From Sphagnum compactum (lineage: Eukaryota): a stretch of DNA of 64,000 nucleotides. This document shows positions 1 through 13,307 of this stretch, piece after piece. Location of the stretch: assembly GCA_965153455.1 (NCBI GenBank), contig OZ234493.1, forward strand, positions 32,664,213 to 32,728,212. Reading direction: 5' to 3'. A program made the translations under genes and the position numbers. Below the pieces are notes generated by a model. That model did not search any database, was not told where the DNA came from, and saw only the letters and a program-made list of their open reading frames with translations. Positions within the stretch are counted from its first letter, which is position 1. Each line of letters starts with the position of its first letter.

Positions 1-3000
1 TGTGATTTGTTATTGGCAAAGGGAGGGGAAAACATACATACTAGATATCATTTTTAAAGAAAATTTTTATTAGATTTTCTAGTAAAAAAAATTCAAAATG
101 ACGTGTTTCAAAAAAACCATTGTGTCAATTTAGACAAGTTGATTTAGACCCATTGTTGTGACTAGGGTGATCTTTCTGGTTAGCAAAGTAAGAGACTATT
201 TGATTGGTCATTTTCATTAATAAATAGTGAACCATTTGATTGATCAAAAGTTCACCTAAATTTAAATCATTTTTTGGATTATTATTTAAAATATTTTAAA
301 ATAGGTAGATAGTAAATAGGTTTAGGTAGGTCATAAAAATGCAAGGAGGTTGTGGTAAGCATAGCCTAACCTACTTAATTACTTTAGTCTTATAATTTAC
401 AAGTATTAAAAATTGAACCCTTCACTTGCACAATTGAACCAAGTCTTTACCAATGGGCTACACCTTCAAAAGGTGACAAATTTTGTCAAGTTTTTTTATT
501 TCACATCATTATTCATGTAAGGAAGAAAATTAGGTTATTAATAAGTAGGCGAAGGAGGTTAAAGGAGGTAAGTGTCGGTGCATAAGTAGATCTATGTATA
601 AGGTGGGCAAAATTAGGTAGGTAGGTAGACCTAAGTTATATCTATTTAGCTTAAATAGTAGGTAGGTAAGTATGTAGGTAAGTAGATAGCCTAAACTACC
701 TACTTATTTAGGTATGTTTACTTAGCCTAGGTAGTAACTAGGTAAGTAAGTAAGTACATGTAGGTAGGTAGGTAGACCTAGGCTATTTACTTAACTTAGG
801 TAATAACCAATGTTGGGTGGTTCTTTAGTATTTTTGAGAACAGCTAGGTCCAAGTATTAGATTGTTTTGAAAGACATGACCCAATTTTTTTTAAAAATTC
901 ATTTTCATCTTTTAAAGACCTAGGCAGGGTTTCAAAAATTTGCAAACAATAATTTCACCCGGTCAAAGTGTCGATTCTCAAACATCTTATACCAGTCGAT
1001 TTTCAAAACCAATTTTCACATACCGGTTATTATTAATTTTATAACTTAGGATTTGTTGTCAATATGAGTTTAATTCATCCATTCCCATTAGGTTCATTTT
1101 ATGGTGTTATTGAATTGATTATTTATCCAACATTGATTTCATGACTATAAGAAATATGGCTAAAATTCATCCATTTAATTTACATCAACTAAAAATAAAA
1201 TTAATCAATTGAAACTCATCAATTTGGATTAATTATTCACCAGGTTAACATAAGATTCACCCATGTAAATAAAAAAATTCCACTTCATTATATCCATTTA
1301 TATGATTCATTTTTATCCAACTCGGTGAAATACTATATTCATGTATATCAATCTAACTTGCTTGGCTATAGTTTATTATTGTTTTCGATGGAGGTAAAAC
1401 ACTATTGTTATGTAATAGGAAAAAGTAGAAGAAAAAAAGAAGAAAAAAAAAAAACCAAAATAATAATAATTCTTTAAAAGGGGAATGTAAACAATTAGGG
1501 GGAAAAGAAAGGCAATGTTAATGACAATTGTGATTTCCTTGGAAAACAAAACATATCGTAACATCAACACAACATCAAGAACAATATGAAAAAAAACAAA
1601 TCAAAGGTTTTATGGGAAATGTACCTACTAGAAAGAGAGAAATATATTGCACTATTGTAAACCCTAAATTGTACACCATTAAAAGAAGTGAGAAAGAACA
1701 CACAAAACGAAACAACAACAATGAGAAAAACAAATAGAGGGGGTCTAAAGGGAGCATATTTGCTTGAGTGATGGAGCAAGGTAGGGAGTTGGGCCAACAA
1801 AGTTCAAGATGAGAGAAGATGGGTTGGGGGAGGGGGTGAGGCAAGGGGGTTCACAAGCTAAAGACCAACATCCATGAACACTAGTTTGTTACCTATAGAT
1901 AGGGAATTGTGTGTTTGTAAAGTGGAGTGAATCATGTGCAACAACTAACTAACTACAAGGTGGCAAGTGCAAGCCATAGTACAAGATCATTCTACTTCTC
2001 TCATCCTTCACCATAAGGTTGAAAATTCATCCTTCAATACAAGGATGAAAAATGTAATGAAGAAGTTTGTGCCAAAGACTGCAATAGTACGAAATCACTA
2101 TACTTTTTCATCCTTCAACCGATGAAATAATAATAAAGGGTTTGCTTAATTCAGTCCCTTATGTGCCATAGTGATTTTCCAATGACTTTTTGATAACCAT
2201 ATATGAACCTGACAAACTTTATTACAAGAAGAAAGCATCGAAAGGAAAGGAAAACACAAAGTACTCGAGTCTAGGAGCATCCCAAGCTCTGTTATACCAT
2301 TGAAAAATAATTAATTGTGGGAATAATTAATTGTTTCTGTGGAAATAATTAGTTGTGGAAAAATTTAATTATTTCGACAGAAACTGTTGATTGTTAGGTT
2401 TCGGGTACAATAATAATAAGTTACGGAATGTTTTAATGACCTTCTAGAGCTGTTCTTCCGATGCAGAATGTGTAGGGTAAAGCCCTGGGAGCAGGACATT
2501 TACAGCCTAGACACCGAGGCCCCGGAAATGCACAATTGAAATGCATCCCTGCCCAGCTCAGATTGATTTCCTTCCTTTTCAGTTGTTAATGACATACCTA
2601 TTCCCCCAACCCGCATGCACCAAATAGGAGGATACAGGTTTGGAGATGGGAGGATTGGGATTAGGGTTTAGGGTTTTACCCTAAACCCTAAAAACTTAAG
2701 AGGAAGAAAACCATCACGTAATCCCTCCCTATGGTTCCATTCATTCAATCATTCATGGAAAATTTGAATATTAAAAAAAAAGAAAATTTGTTCATGGGTT
2801 TTGCCCTGGGGGGTGAATTGTGTTGGTTGGGAAGAATGCTATTAATTTTCCCTTTTGCTTTGCACTCCTGACAAAGATACTTTGTCAGTCAGTGACCGTG
2901 CACAAATGGACAAGCAAAAATCAGCAAAATTCTCAGAACATCCATCCAACCGACCCACTTCACTAGCCAGCCAGCCACCCACCCACCCACCGCCTTACCT

Positions 3001-3177
3001 CTGAATAAACAAGAACCACAAGGGCTGGGGGGCTCGAATACAAGAAGAGAAAAAATGATGACAAAAATACTCGGCTTCTCAATTAATAATAGGGACCAAC
3101 TGTCTGCAGTCTGCATCTCATCCGGAACAAGCTTGGCTTATTGGCAAACGGTCAAAATCCAATACCGTAGTAGTAGT

Positions 3178-3240
3178 ACAGGGGCAGCTTCAACACATGT
3201 CTGTCAAATAATTAATTAATTTTGAAGACTCCATGTCAAA
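3178..3240 (+). repeat. Dispersed repeat, second copy at ~11053-11110 and weaker copy at ~8880-8935
   Basis: CAGGGGCAGCTTCAACACATGTCTGTC.AATAATTAATTAATT is shared. Confidence 0.75.
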
Positions 3241-3259
3241 TTTTAAAAAAATAAAAAAT

Positions 3260-3290
<31 letters not shown>

Positions 3291-4350
3291 TCCAAGAGAT
3301 TCTTTATTTTCCTTCACAAAATGTGCTTGCATGGGGGAAGCATACCTGTTGTTAGAAAATTAGTTCCACTAATTTACTTGTGTGGGCGCATCTCAAAGTT
3401 CAATTTTGTTGTTGTTTTGCAATTGAGACTCTTTTTATTGGTATATATACAAACGATATGGAGAGTGCTAATTTCTCCGTAAATCTTTTATTTTGGGGGG
3501 TGGGGAGAGATGTGGGTTAGTAATGTTTTATACACCGTGGCATCTAGGCTGGTTAGGCACTAATTAATCCAGAAATAGCTAAAAAATTCTGAAAAAATAT
3601 GTGCCGTACCATGTCAAAAAAATCTCTCAAAGCACAAAAGCTTCATTATTTAGTATAATGGCAAATGATATATTTTGTAAAAAAAACATTACGGCTGAAC
3701 ATAGCTGACAAAATAAAAAAATAAAAATTTATTAGGCACTCTGTTGCTGAACCAGCCTACCGATGAGGATATTCATCTCTATTCGGAGAAGGCAACTGAA
3801 CTGTTGAATTTTGTAAAGTTTGAGCTGACGGAATTCTATTCTGGTTAATTTCTCAGACCATTTTCTTTTTCAATTAATTTTGTTGAGATTGTAGTCGTTG
3901 AAAACTGGACAGAGCCCCCCACACACACATACATACACTCCACCTGAGAAGGTCTTCTTCAATACATACAGCGAACTGAACCGAACCACCCATCTCTTGC
4001 AGGTATGTCCAGGGTGTGTCCGACAAATCACCACCAATGTCACCATTTAACGTGCATGTTGTTGGTAGAAGTGGTGTACACTCTTATTTAGTCCTGGGCG
4101 GTGAGTGGTTATGGAACACTCGGACCAGAGCTTCTTAGGGGGGGGTTGGGTTTGGGGGGGGGGTGTTATTTATTTATTTAGTGTCTTCTTCCGTGTGTGT
4201 TCATGTGTTTTGTTGTCTTTGAAATTTTAAAGTCGGACATGGAGCTAGATTCTAGGAGCCAGCCAAAACAGTCTCCTAAACCCTAAAACCCCGTCAAGCT
4301 GAAATGCGTTTAGGGCTACTATGTTCACCCAATATTCCGTATCGGAATTA

Positions 4351-4568
4351 TGATGCATTCACACTTGATGTTAAGTCAGTGTTAAATGGAAATCTAGGTG
4401 GTATCCTAAGTGGCACCCATTGTTAAATGCGCGATCAAACTTAAAGTTCAGGGAATGTTAGCTTAACATAAAATTTTCATGGTAAGTAGGTTTTAGTCCT
4501 AAATGACTAGTAGCATGATGGTAGGGGACTCAATATTAGAGTCCCTAACACCAAGTGTGAACACACCT
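4351..4568. mobile_element. MITE with ~24-bp imperfect TIRs and TA/TTA-TAA flanks
   Basis: TGATGCATTCACACTTGATGTTA versus the reverse complement of TAACACCAAGTGTGAACACACCT. TA lies on both sides. Confidence 0.6.
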
Positions 4569-7500
4569 TAAATAGTAGTGGGTGATTGCAAAGAAATCTA
4601 GAGCTAATACATGGAATTTAATTTGAATTCTAATGTTAAATTTGGACTACTCAGAGACCCTGGTTTAGTGTAGGAATGGGATATCTATAAATGTTTTTAA
4701 AAAGTCAAAAGAAGAAAGAAGTTGAGAGTTTAACCATGGTACCAGAGTAGGTGCCAAAAGTTCACCCAAAGCCACCCAAAGGGCTACCTAGAGATGAGAA
4801 CTCACTCCAAAAAGACAACTCACTTCAGACAAGAGTTGCAGATAAGATGGTTAATATAATGTAAACCTACTCAACTTTATTGCAAGAAAACAATAAGACG
4901 AGAAACAGAATGGACAAAAGGAAAAAGACAAGAGCTAAGGTTGAAAAAGCATAATGTAAACCATACTAGCTAACCAAGGTTAAAAAAAAGAACAATGCAA
5001 AACCAAACCATACTAGCTAACCAAGGTTAACAAAAGAACAATGAAAAACCAAACCATACTAGCAAGCCAGAGCATACATTGAGATCATTACGACTCATCA
5101 TATACCTATGGCTACCATTAGGTCGGATGGATGGATGTCGTATGTGGGTGTGAATGGTGGGTCAACCGGATGGTTTTAGGATTCCATTACATAATAATTC
5201 GCCTTGCAACAGCCTCTACGATCGATTAACATTTAATAAATCTTCATGCAATTAGCAAATCTTCATGCTATTGCAAGTTCATATACTTAGTTGGGGAGTG
5301 GGAGGGGAGGGAGCTCTGGGGTAAGGCAGATGGGTGTCTCTCCAGTGCTCACATGCTCATCGCTGTTGCTTGTCTGCTATATCTTCTGGATTGGGGATTG
5401 TTTCTGTTTTCAGGCCAGCCGCCCAGTTTCTGAGAATGACAAAGGATCCTTGCACAGTAGTATCAGTGCCCGTCCGTCCGTCTGTCCCTCTGCTATGCTT
5501 TGCTCTGGGATATGACAAGATTCACATTGTTGTTAACAAAAAATAAAAATCAATCGAAGCATCAGTTGCTCTGCTCTTCTCTTCCTTGTTCCGATATGAC
5601 AAGTCAGCTATGACAAGATCCACACATTGCCGTTAACAAAAAATAAAAATCAATCAAAACAAATCAGTTGCTTCGGCTTCTTAGGGAAGTGTGCATGGTG
5701 ATCACTGACTATTGTTTTTCTGGTACTAATTGGATGGAGAAAATTTCGTGTGGAGAAAATTCTTGCAGCCGTATCACTAGCTCTTATTGTTGAGTACATC
5801 AAGTTGAACGTGAGAGTTTTTACTGAGTTTTTATTTACTTTTTGGGGTGTTTTTCCCCACCTTCTGGGAAGGAATTTTTGTTCGATGTTAAAGTGACGAT
5901 CATCCATCCATAGGAAAATGTCCAAAATGTGACCATTGTCCATGAGAGGAGAATGTGAAAAAATTGGCGATCATCCATCGGAAGATTTAGCCAACTCTGG
6001 CTATAAACCAGACATGATGCACAACCTTTTTTTTTAATCATTCTTTTATATTTTTGGCTACTCACTTAAAATCAAAATTAAAAATTTGGAAAATAATTCC
6101 CAGCCCCCCCCCCCCCCCCCCCCCCCCTCCCCTCCCCTCCCCTCCCCTCTCACTTTTGGCAATTAATAACCTAGTAAATCACTTCATTTCTGAATTGTTA
6201 ATTTATTTTTTAGCGAAATTTCACCGATAAAAAATGGCTCACTTTTGCCCACATGGGGTGCACCACTTTTTCCAACCCAAAAAATCATTCTAGCCTCAAG
6301 TGTTTGCCTCTTCCCTTGTTCAAAGAACTAAGGCACCTTATTACAACTTTAATAGACCCCAATAGAGGGTATGGGTGGAGTTGCTCTAACTGCATCTCCA
6401 ACTGAAGGCAACGAAAAAGTGTACATGAGCAATTTAGTGCTACTACGCACAAACAACAAATAGAGTGCACCATAATGGTTGGCCGCACCTTCAATAAAAC
6501 ACCAGCATTGTGACGTCTCACATCAAGCTCTGCGATTTGGTGGAGGAAACTAAGATTGGGAGAAGACCTTGTAGACTAGTAAACCACATGAACTTGTTGT
6601 CATGTGTGAATTTTGTCACATGCAACCATGTTGGTAATGCTAGAACCCAATGTTTTGTTGTAGTCACAATAACAAGGAAATGAAAGAACTTTGTGGTGGA
6701 GGAGGAAAAACAATTTATATTGATTGGTCTTGCATGTGTCACAAGACCTTATCATTGATAGAAGAATGAAAGTGTTTTGGGAGCACAACACTACACACAA
6801 CAACAATTGACATGCAAATTGTGGGGAGCAACCAACTTGAAGTTTGAAAACAAAGTGAGAATGCATCAAGCACAACATCACAAAATTTTGTAGCAATTAC
6901 CAAGTTGTGTTTGGCTTCAACAAAAGTGACATTTCTAGTGAATATACATTGCAAAAAACACTAGAGCTTTACAAATCCAAGCGCATTGCACAATCTTTAA
7001 CCCCTACACTCTCTCCAACACCTATGATGTTGCCCCTACTTGCATCAACACATTGACCTACATGTGCTTCAAACAACACAAACAAAATTTAAACAAAGGT
7101 TACAATTTTGAATGATGATACCATATCCATACATAGTAGCTTCAAGCAAGCCAAAATTTGTGGGGTTCTTGTTTTCAAACAAACTTGTTGAAGGCCTACA
7201 TGGCCCACAAATGTAATATGGAGCTTTGCAATATTTGAAATGCACTTGAAATTGTTTGGGAATTCTCACCACTTTAGTGTCTTCCATGAAATGTTCAAGA
7301 TTGCAATCCCCTAAAATCCTATTTCACATTTACAATCTCTTTTCAAATTACCTTTGAATCGACCTCCAATTTCACCAAAATTCACAAAATTGAAGACCAT
7401 AGCATTATTTTCATCACAAGAAAAAAAAAAAAAACAACATTTGAAAAATATGTTGTATGCACAAAAACCATGAAACATGATGTAGAAACGTTTTGCTTTG

Positions 7501-8166
7501 TGTGAGCATGTGTCTTGTTCTTAGTTTTTTCTAGCCTTCATGAAGATGACAAGGATCATTAGATCCTCGTTTGCTATGCCAATTCATTGTTGGAGTTCAA
7601 AACCCTTCTTACAATAACCAAGCTACAGGATCACCATCTAGGTATGCACATTCAAATTGCCAATTTATGGTATCATTGTTGGAGGTGCTCTAAGTTTAAC
7701 TATACCCTTTATAACATTTATTAAATGTATGCCCAAATACTTAACACATTATGTTAATTGTATGCATTAATTATTATTATAACATTTAACATATTGTGTT
7801 AATTATTTCTCAATCCACACCCAAAACATGAAAATTGGGATTGGATAAGGTGAGAGATTGTTTGAGTGCAACCACTTGATTATACATGATTAGTCAAGAA
7901 CAATCATTTTGGCATTCAATGCCTTCTACAAACATTGGATCTTGTGTACATTTATCAACACACTTCTCTAATAATATATTGAAATCCATATATTCACCCC
8001 AAGACCAAGATGAATCAACACCTACAGTAGTACTTTCTTGAGTAAGGCCTCTTGGAGTTAATAATTAATGGATGAAATGTTAAATTTGGACTTAAAGACC
8101 TTAATTTAGTCTAGGGATGGGATATGTATAATATTTTTTTAAAATTAAAAAAATTGGGGTTTTTAC

Positions 8167-8551
8167 TAGTGTTGGCCAACTATTGTTTTTTAAAAAAAAT
8201 TCTAGGTAGGTTATTTTTTGATTTTTTTGGGACCACACATATTATCAATATCAATATTTTTTTGGGTGCTGGGTAAAGTTATCGAATAATTGACTGAGAA
8301 CCCTTGGTTATAGAGATTTAAAAGAATAATAATAATAATAATAATAATAATTACTATTTTTTTAAAAAAATTTTGGTTTTGTATTAATGTTTAAAGATTG
8401 ATAACCTACTTGAATGATAATCAGATAATTTGGGTAGGTTATTATATTTTGAAAATTCAATATCAGGCAGTTCTCAATTTAGCTGGTTATATAAAAAAAC
8501 AATAATAAACTTGATAACTGGGTGAAGACTCAATAACCAGCCAACACACTA
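8167..8551. mobile_element. Non-autonomous hAT-type element (MITE) with 8-bp target-site duplication
   Basis: Termini TAGTGTTGG...CCAACACACTA are flanked on both sides by GTTTTTAC (8159-8166 and 8552-8559). Confidence 0.75.
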
Positions 8552-8559
8552 GTTTTTAC

Positions 8560-8732
8560 CAGTGTTGTACTGGTATAGAGGGAGCAAGTTAGGTATATAG
8601 TACTGGTCCTTACAAGCACCCAACTAGTAAGGACCAGAGACAATACCCGCATCATACCAGGCAAAAATCAGCCTTGGACCCAATACCAGTACCCGACTGG
8701 TATGTGAAGAGGGACATACCAGTACAACACTG
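8560..8732. mobile_element. Short hAT-type MITE with perfect 17-bp TIRs
   Basis: CAGTGTTGTACTGGTAT ... ATACCAGTACAACACTG with internal TACTGG/CCAGTA subterminal repeats. The right-hand TSD is imperfect. Confidence 0.75.
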
Positions 8733-11700
8733 GTCTTTGGTTTTTAACCATGGTATCTGTGTAGTCTTTGGTTTGCCCAAGGCCCCCCAACCAACACTGG
8801 TTTGCAGACTAACATGAAGTCAGTACACTTCATGTCAGTCTCTAAACCGAACCGCAATCGTATATGTACTTTAGTTACCCTTGGCCACTTTGACACATGT
8901 TTTTTGAATACTTATTTAATTAATTAAGTTTGAGGATATCAAAATGATATATTCCCAAAATATCCCATCAGATTCTTTATTTCCCTCCAGATAATAAATA
9001 TTTTTGAAATTTTTTGGGTGAAAAATTTCAACATAGTTCTGAAAATAATATGGTTGGTGTCAAACTGGCCCAGGTTTCAGTATATTAAAAATATTGAGTT
9101 TCGGTATTTCGTACCCAGATTTAATAAAATTTCCTTACTTTGCGGATACCACCGAAAGAGGGAATAGGGGGTGAAACAGAGGGTGACTTTATGGATAACT
9201 CTATTATGTTTATTGCTAATAGCAAGGGTTCTTCCTCACTCACATTCAACACATTCATTGTAAAGTATTCATTCTAGACCGTTTTAACTTGTGGAGCAAT
9301 GAACACTTGTGCATTTTGACCATGTTTTGTTCCAATACAACAATAAAGAGCATAACAACCTCTCCGTATGTTGATGATAGATTCAAACTAAAGTGGTTTG
9401 CCAAGCATAGGGGGAAGGATGTCAGAATTGCTAGAGTATACTGGGGCCCTTCTGCACAAGTAGTTCCCAGTTCCACACACTCAAATGGGGATGAGGAAAA
9501 TCCATTCTACAGAAACGGGTATTGAGCTTATCGTTCTTGAGCACCCATCAATTAGTGAGTCCCACCTCAACCGTCGCCTTCAAAGGGCCGTAGTGAACCA
9601 GCACCTACCAGGGTACCATGAAGGATGGATGGTAAGTGGTCAGGAAACAGTTCTTCGGTGCATTTCAGGTCCCTAGCTAACCATGGTGGTCAGCTCAGTT
9701 GCTTGTGTTGGGTACCTACCTCTCAGCCCCATTTGAAGGTTTTACCCAGGGAGTATTCCAAAATTTTGAGGAAAAAATTAGGTCAATTTTGTAGGTGACT
9801 GAAAGAGGAAGGCGGGTATGAGGGAAAATGGTCCAATAAAAAGAAAGACTAACAAGAAGAGAAGAGTTGGAATTATGAATGTGAATTTTGTTACTATATC
9901 CTCTTGACAATGATTTCGCACCCCCTCCTTTTTTACCTTGAAAATTAAATTGATAAATTTGAAAGAAAAAGCAGGTACCCCCCAAAGAAACCCATATTGC
10001 ATTCCAAGGATCTGCTTTGGTGGGCCATGAAATTATTTTACCTACCACCGAAAGGTATTCTTCCATGTACCCAAAACAAATAGAAAGGGTACAAAAGAAG
10101 AAAAAATTTCACCTTTACTAAAATGCACTTCCATCATGCCAACCACCAGACCGATGGATGGCTGGCTGGAGTCTCAAAGTCTCAAGCCTTTGACGTGCTC
10201 AGAGTCTACTTTGGCATCGCCATGACAACGAACCAGGGCAGAGGAAGTGAATGAATGATAAGGGCACGCACAAAAAGATTCCGAGACCCCAGGGTTATAT
10301 TATTTATTTGATAAAAAATTTAAAAAACATTTTTCTTACTTTTTTTCATTACAAAATGTGAGTGCAATTCATTAGTTCCTATTCACTAAACCAATGGATT
10401 CACTGCATCCCCACTAGATCCCAGTCATTGAAACAAAATGAATTCACTCAAAGTACACTTTTGAGTACACTTTTGTTGTAGTACTGAACTCCACATGGCC
10501 CTAGAAGATAAGCATACCAAACTTTGGCCTGTTTCTGAATGCATCAAAGATCTCCACCTTCCAAGGGCACAGCCAGTAAAGCTTGGTAAGTTTACAGCTT
10601 AGAACAACTTGAGAACTTTGAAGATCTAGCTAGAACATCCCAAATGTTTTAGGAACATAAGAATATTCCATGAGGACATCACAGTAGCACCTTCGAAACT
10701 CATGAAATACTCAATTCATGAGGAGTCACACCCACAAAATATATTTGAGAACACATATGTGAACCCCGAGTTGAGTATAAGAGGACCGATCCCATCTTAC
10801 ACATATCAACAAAATTTGAACCCGACCACCAAGCAATGCACATGTTTGGGCTGGGTGGCTGGGTTTTGCCCCTGCCTGGCTTAATACATACCCAGCAGAC
10901 TCCTTCCTGACATCCCTGAGGGACACTATGCAGAGCAGCAATGGTGGCCTTCGTGTTCTGAAAGAGAGAACCTGAACATAGTATGTAATAAATTTACCAC
11001 ATTTTTCAGTCAAAAGTGCTTCCAAAATAGAACCTGAACACATACTGCATTCCAGGGGCAGCTTCAACACATGTCTGTCCAATAATTAATTAATTATAAA
11101 GATTCCATGTTGGAAAATTGAAATTTCCTGAATATTTCAGAAGATTCTCTATTTTTCACCCAAAAAAGATCTTTGAGAAAAATGTGTATTTGCAAATTTC
11201 AAGATTTTTACAAATAATCTTATTAATTAATGTGGAAGCTGACAAGGTAGTATGATATGGGTAAAATGTAGTACAAATTATTCAGAAAAGCTGTTCTGAA
11301 ATAGAACCTGAAGTTCACCCTCACCCTCTCTTGTGCTGCTGAAGCATTTAGTTTTTCAAAATGCCCCCCAATATGTGCAGAGGACAGATTCTGGTTAATA
11401 ACATGCCAGATAAACTCAAAAACTCTGCTGGTGCTTCATTTTGGATGTGATAAATAATTGGTAGAGGCCCAAATAGTGAGTGTGGGTGGTGCTCTTCTAC
11501 TGTAAAACCTGAACAATTTCGGCATAAATTAAATTATTTTTGTTCTGTCAAAAAAATTTAAAATTATTTGTTACTAGTGTCAAAAAATTTATAAAATTAA
11601 AAATCTGCAAGATTTCCACTGTCAAATTTGAACCAGAGAAAGTTCCTGGTCTTAAGATTGAGACCGTCTAGACACACTAAACCGTCTTATAAACTGAAAA

Positions 11701-12830
11701 ATAAAAATGACTGTGCTTATTATTTATATAACAATTATCCACCAAAAATTTCAGAATGAAAAAACCAAGTGCCAAAGTTAAGATTTAAAATTGAATTAAT
11801 TATTCAACAGTTTGTTGCCAAATCTGATCCAGAAATACGGTATTAGTTTTGGAACATGAATCCAAAATTTTCTTTCACTTTGATTGTGGTAATGTTGCTA
11901 AAGAGAATCCAAACATCTATGTACCTACCTTTTCTTACCCTGGCATATTTTTGGCTGCCAGTTTTTAACTGTATAAGATGCTGCATTCAAGTTATTGTTC
12001 CATGGTATCATCTTTTATGCACTTAATGCACATTTAGGAGAACAAGGGGTGTGTCACACTGTGGCCTTGCCATTTACATTAAAAAGTATCTTAAGGCCCG
12101 AGAAGAATTATGGAAACTCAAATATTTTCACCATGCAAAAATATTATCTTCAAAAAGTCCTCTAAAAGGAACCAAAATCCCTCAAGATATTATAACTTTA
12201 TTACTAATCTCAAGTTTCAACACAAGCCAAAAATATCATCTTTCAAAAATCCTCCTGTAAAAATAGATCTATTATTACCTAGGGGCAAAGTCCCTTAAGC
12301 TACTATACTCTATAATGAATCTAAACACAAATATCCTTGCCTACCAAGGCCAATAAAGTAAAGTTACAGCTGTGGAAATGGATGTATGGGTGGGGAGTTT
12401 ACACTTATAAGGGCACACTTTACACAAGGAGTCAAGGCCAATGTTCCAACTCAAATCAAGCATTTCCTATTGGTGCAAAAGTTGAAATCAGCCCCCAAGG
12501 GCTTTTTTTTACACTAGGAGTCAAGGCTGAAATAGAAAAAATCTTTTCAATCTGCCCCAAGATATTAAATAAATGCTGAACTTTATGTATGGCCTTGTAT
12601 TGGATCCAAGGTTGAAAAAAAGGATACCATCAAATTTGGGAAGCCAATTTGCAACTCTTATTAGAGCCAATGTTTCAGCATTTATCAATATCCTGACATC
12701 AATGTTTCTAGCATTTATTAGTAACTTGGGGCCAAACAACTAGCCCAAATTGAATGATGGAATCTTTTGGCTCCTTCTTAAAGAGATACATTTAGTGAAT
12801 GTATTGCAACTATTGGGAGGGCTGGCCTTG

Positions 12831-13096
12831 GCACTAACTCCCAACCCCTTTTGGGATAGTTCCGGGCAGGGCAACAGAAAAAAAAAACCATGCTTGTTCA
12901 TGGGTGGTTCAAAGGGTTGAAAGACGATTCATAGGGGGTTGAAAGGTGATTCATAGATGGGTTCAAATGCTACATTGCCATCCCTTTGCAATGCCATAAA
13001 TTTTTTTAAAATGGGCACAAGATTCCGTCTTTTGAAAGGCATGGTTTTTGCTGCTGCCCTGCCTGGCATTATCCCAAAAGGGGAGTGAGTTAGTGC
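12831..13096. repeat. Foldback element with ~60-bp inverted arms (CACTAAC...GTTAGTG ends)
   Basis: GCACTAACTC...CCCCTTTTGGGATA..CC.GGCAGGGCA.CAG...AAAAACCATGC pairs with 13039-13096. No clear TSD. Confidence 0.75.
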
Positions 13097-13221
13097 AGAG
13101 GGTGCCCAGGGCTGTGGGGTTGGAGTGTTGAGCAACAACTTGTTTCCTTGAGTGGTGAAGGAAACAAGTCGCTCAACACCAGAACCACCCCCCCCACTCA
13201 AGGAAACAAGTCACTCAATTT

Positions 13222-13307
13222 TTTTTTGACATAGCTAGTGATGAGAATAATACAATACTTCTTTGCAAAGAAGTATTGTATTATTCATCGCTAGCTATGT
13301 CAAAAAA
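13222..13307. repeat. Near-perfect ~85-bp palindrome
   Basis: TTTTTGACATAGCTAGTGATGAGAATAATACAATACTTCTTTG|CAAAGAAGTATTGTATTATTCATCGCTAGCTATGTCAAAAA, with one mismatch, one 2-nt bulge and no spacer. Confidence 0.9.

Noticed and set aside
3940-4010. Exon-like end with a CAG|GTATGT donor
   Set aside because: No coherent ORF or partner exons could be assembled.
9255-10066. Cluster of short ORFs
   Set aside because: No recognisable motif or consistent splice structure.
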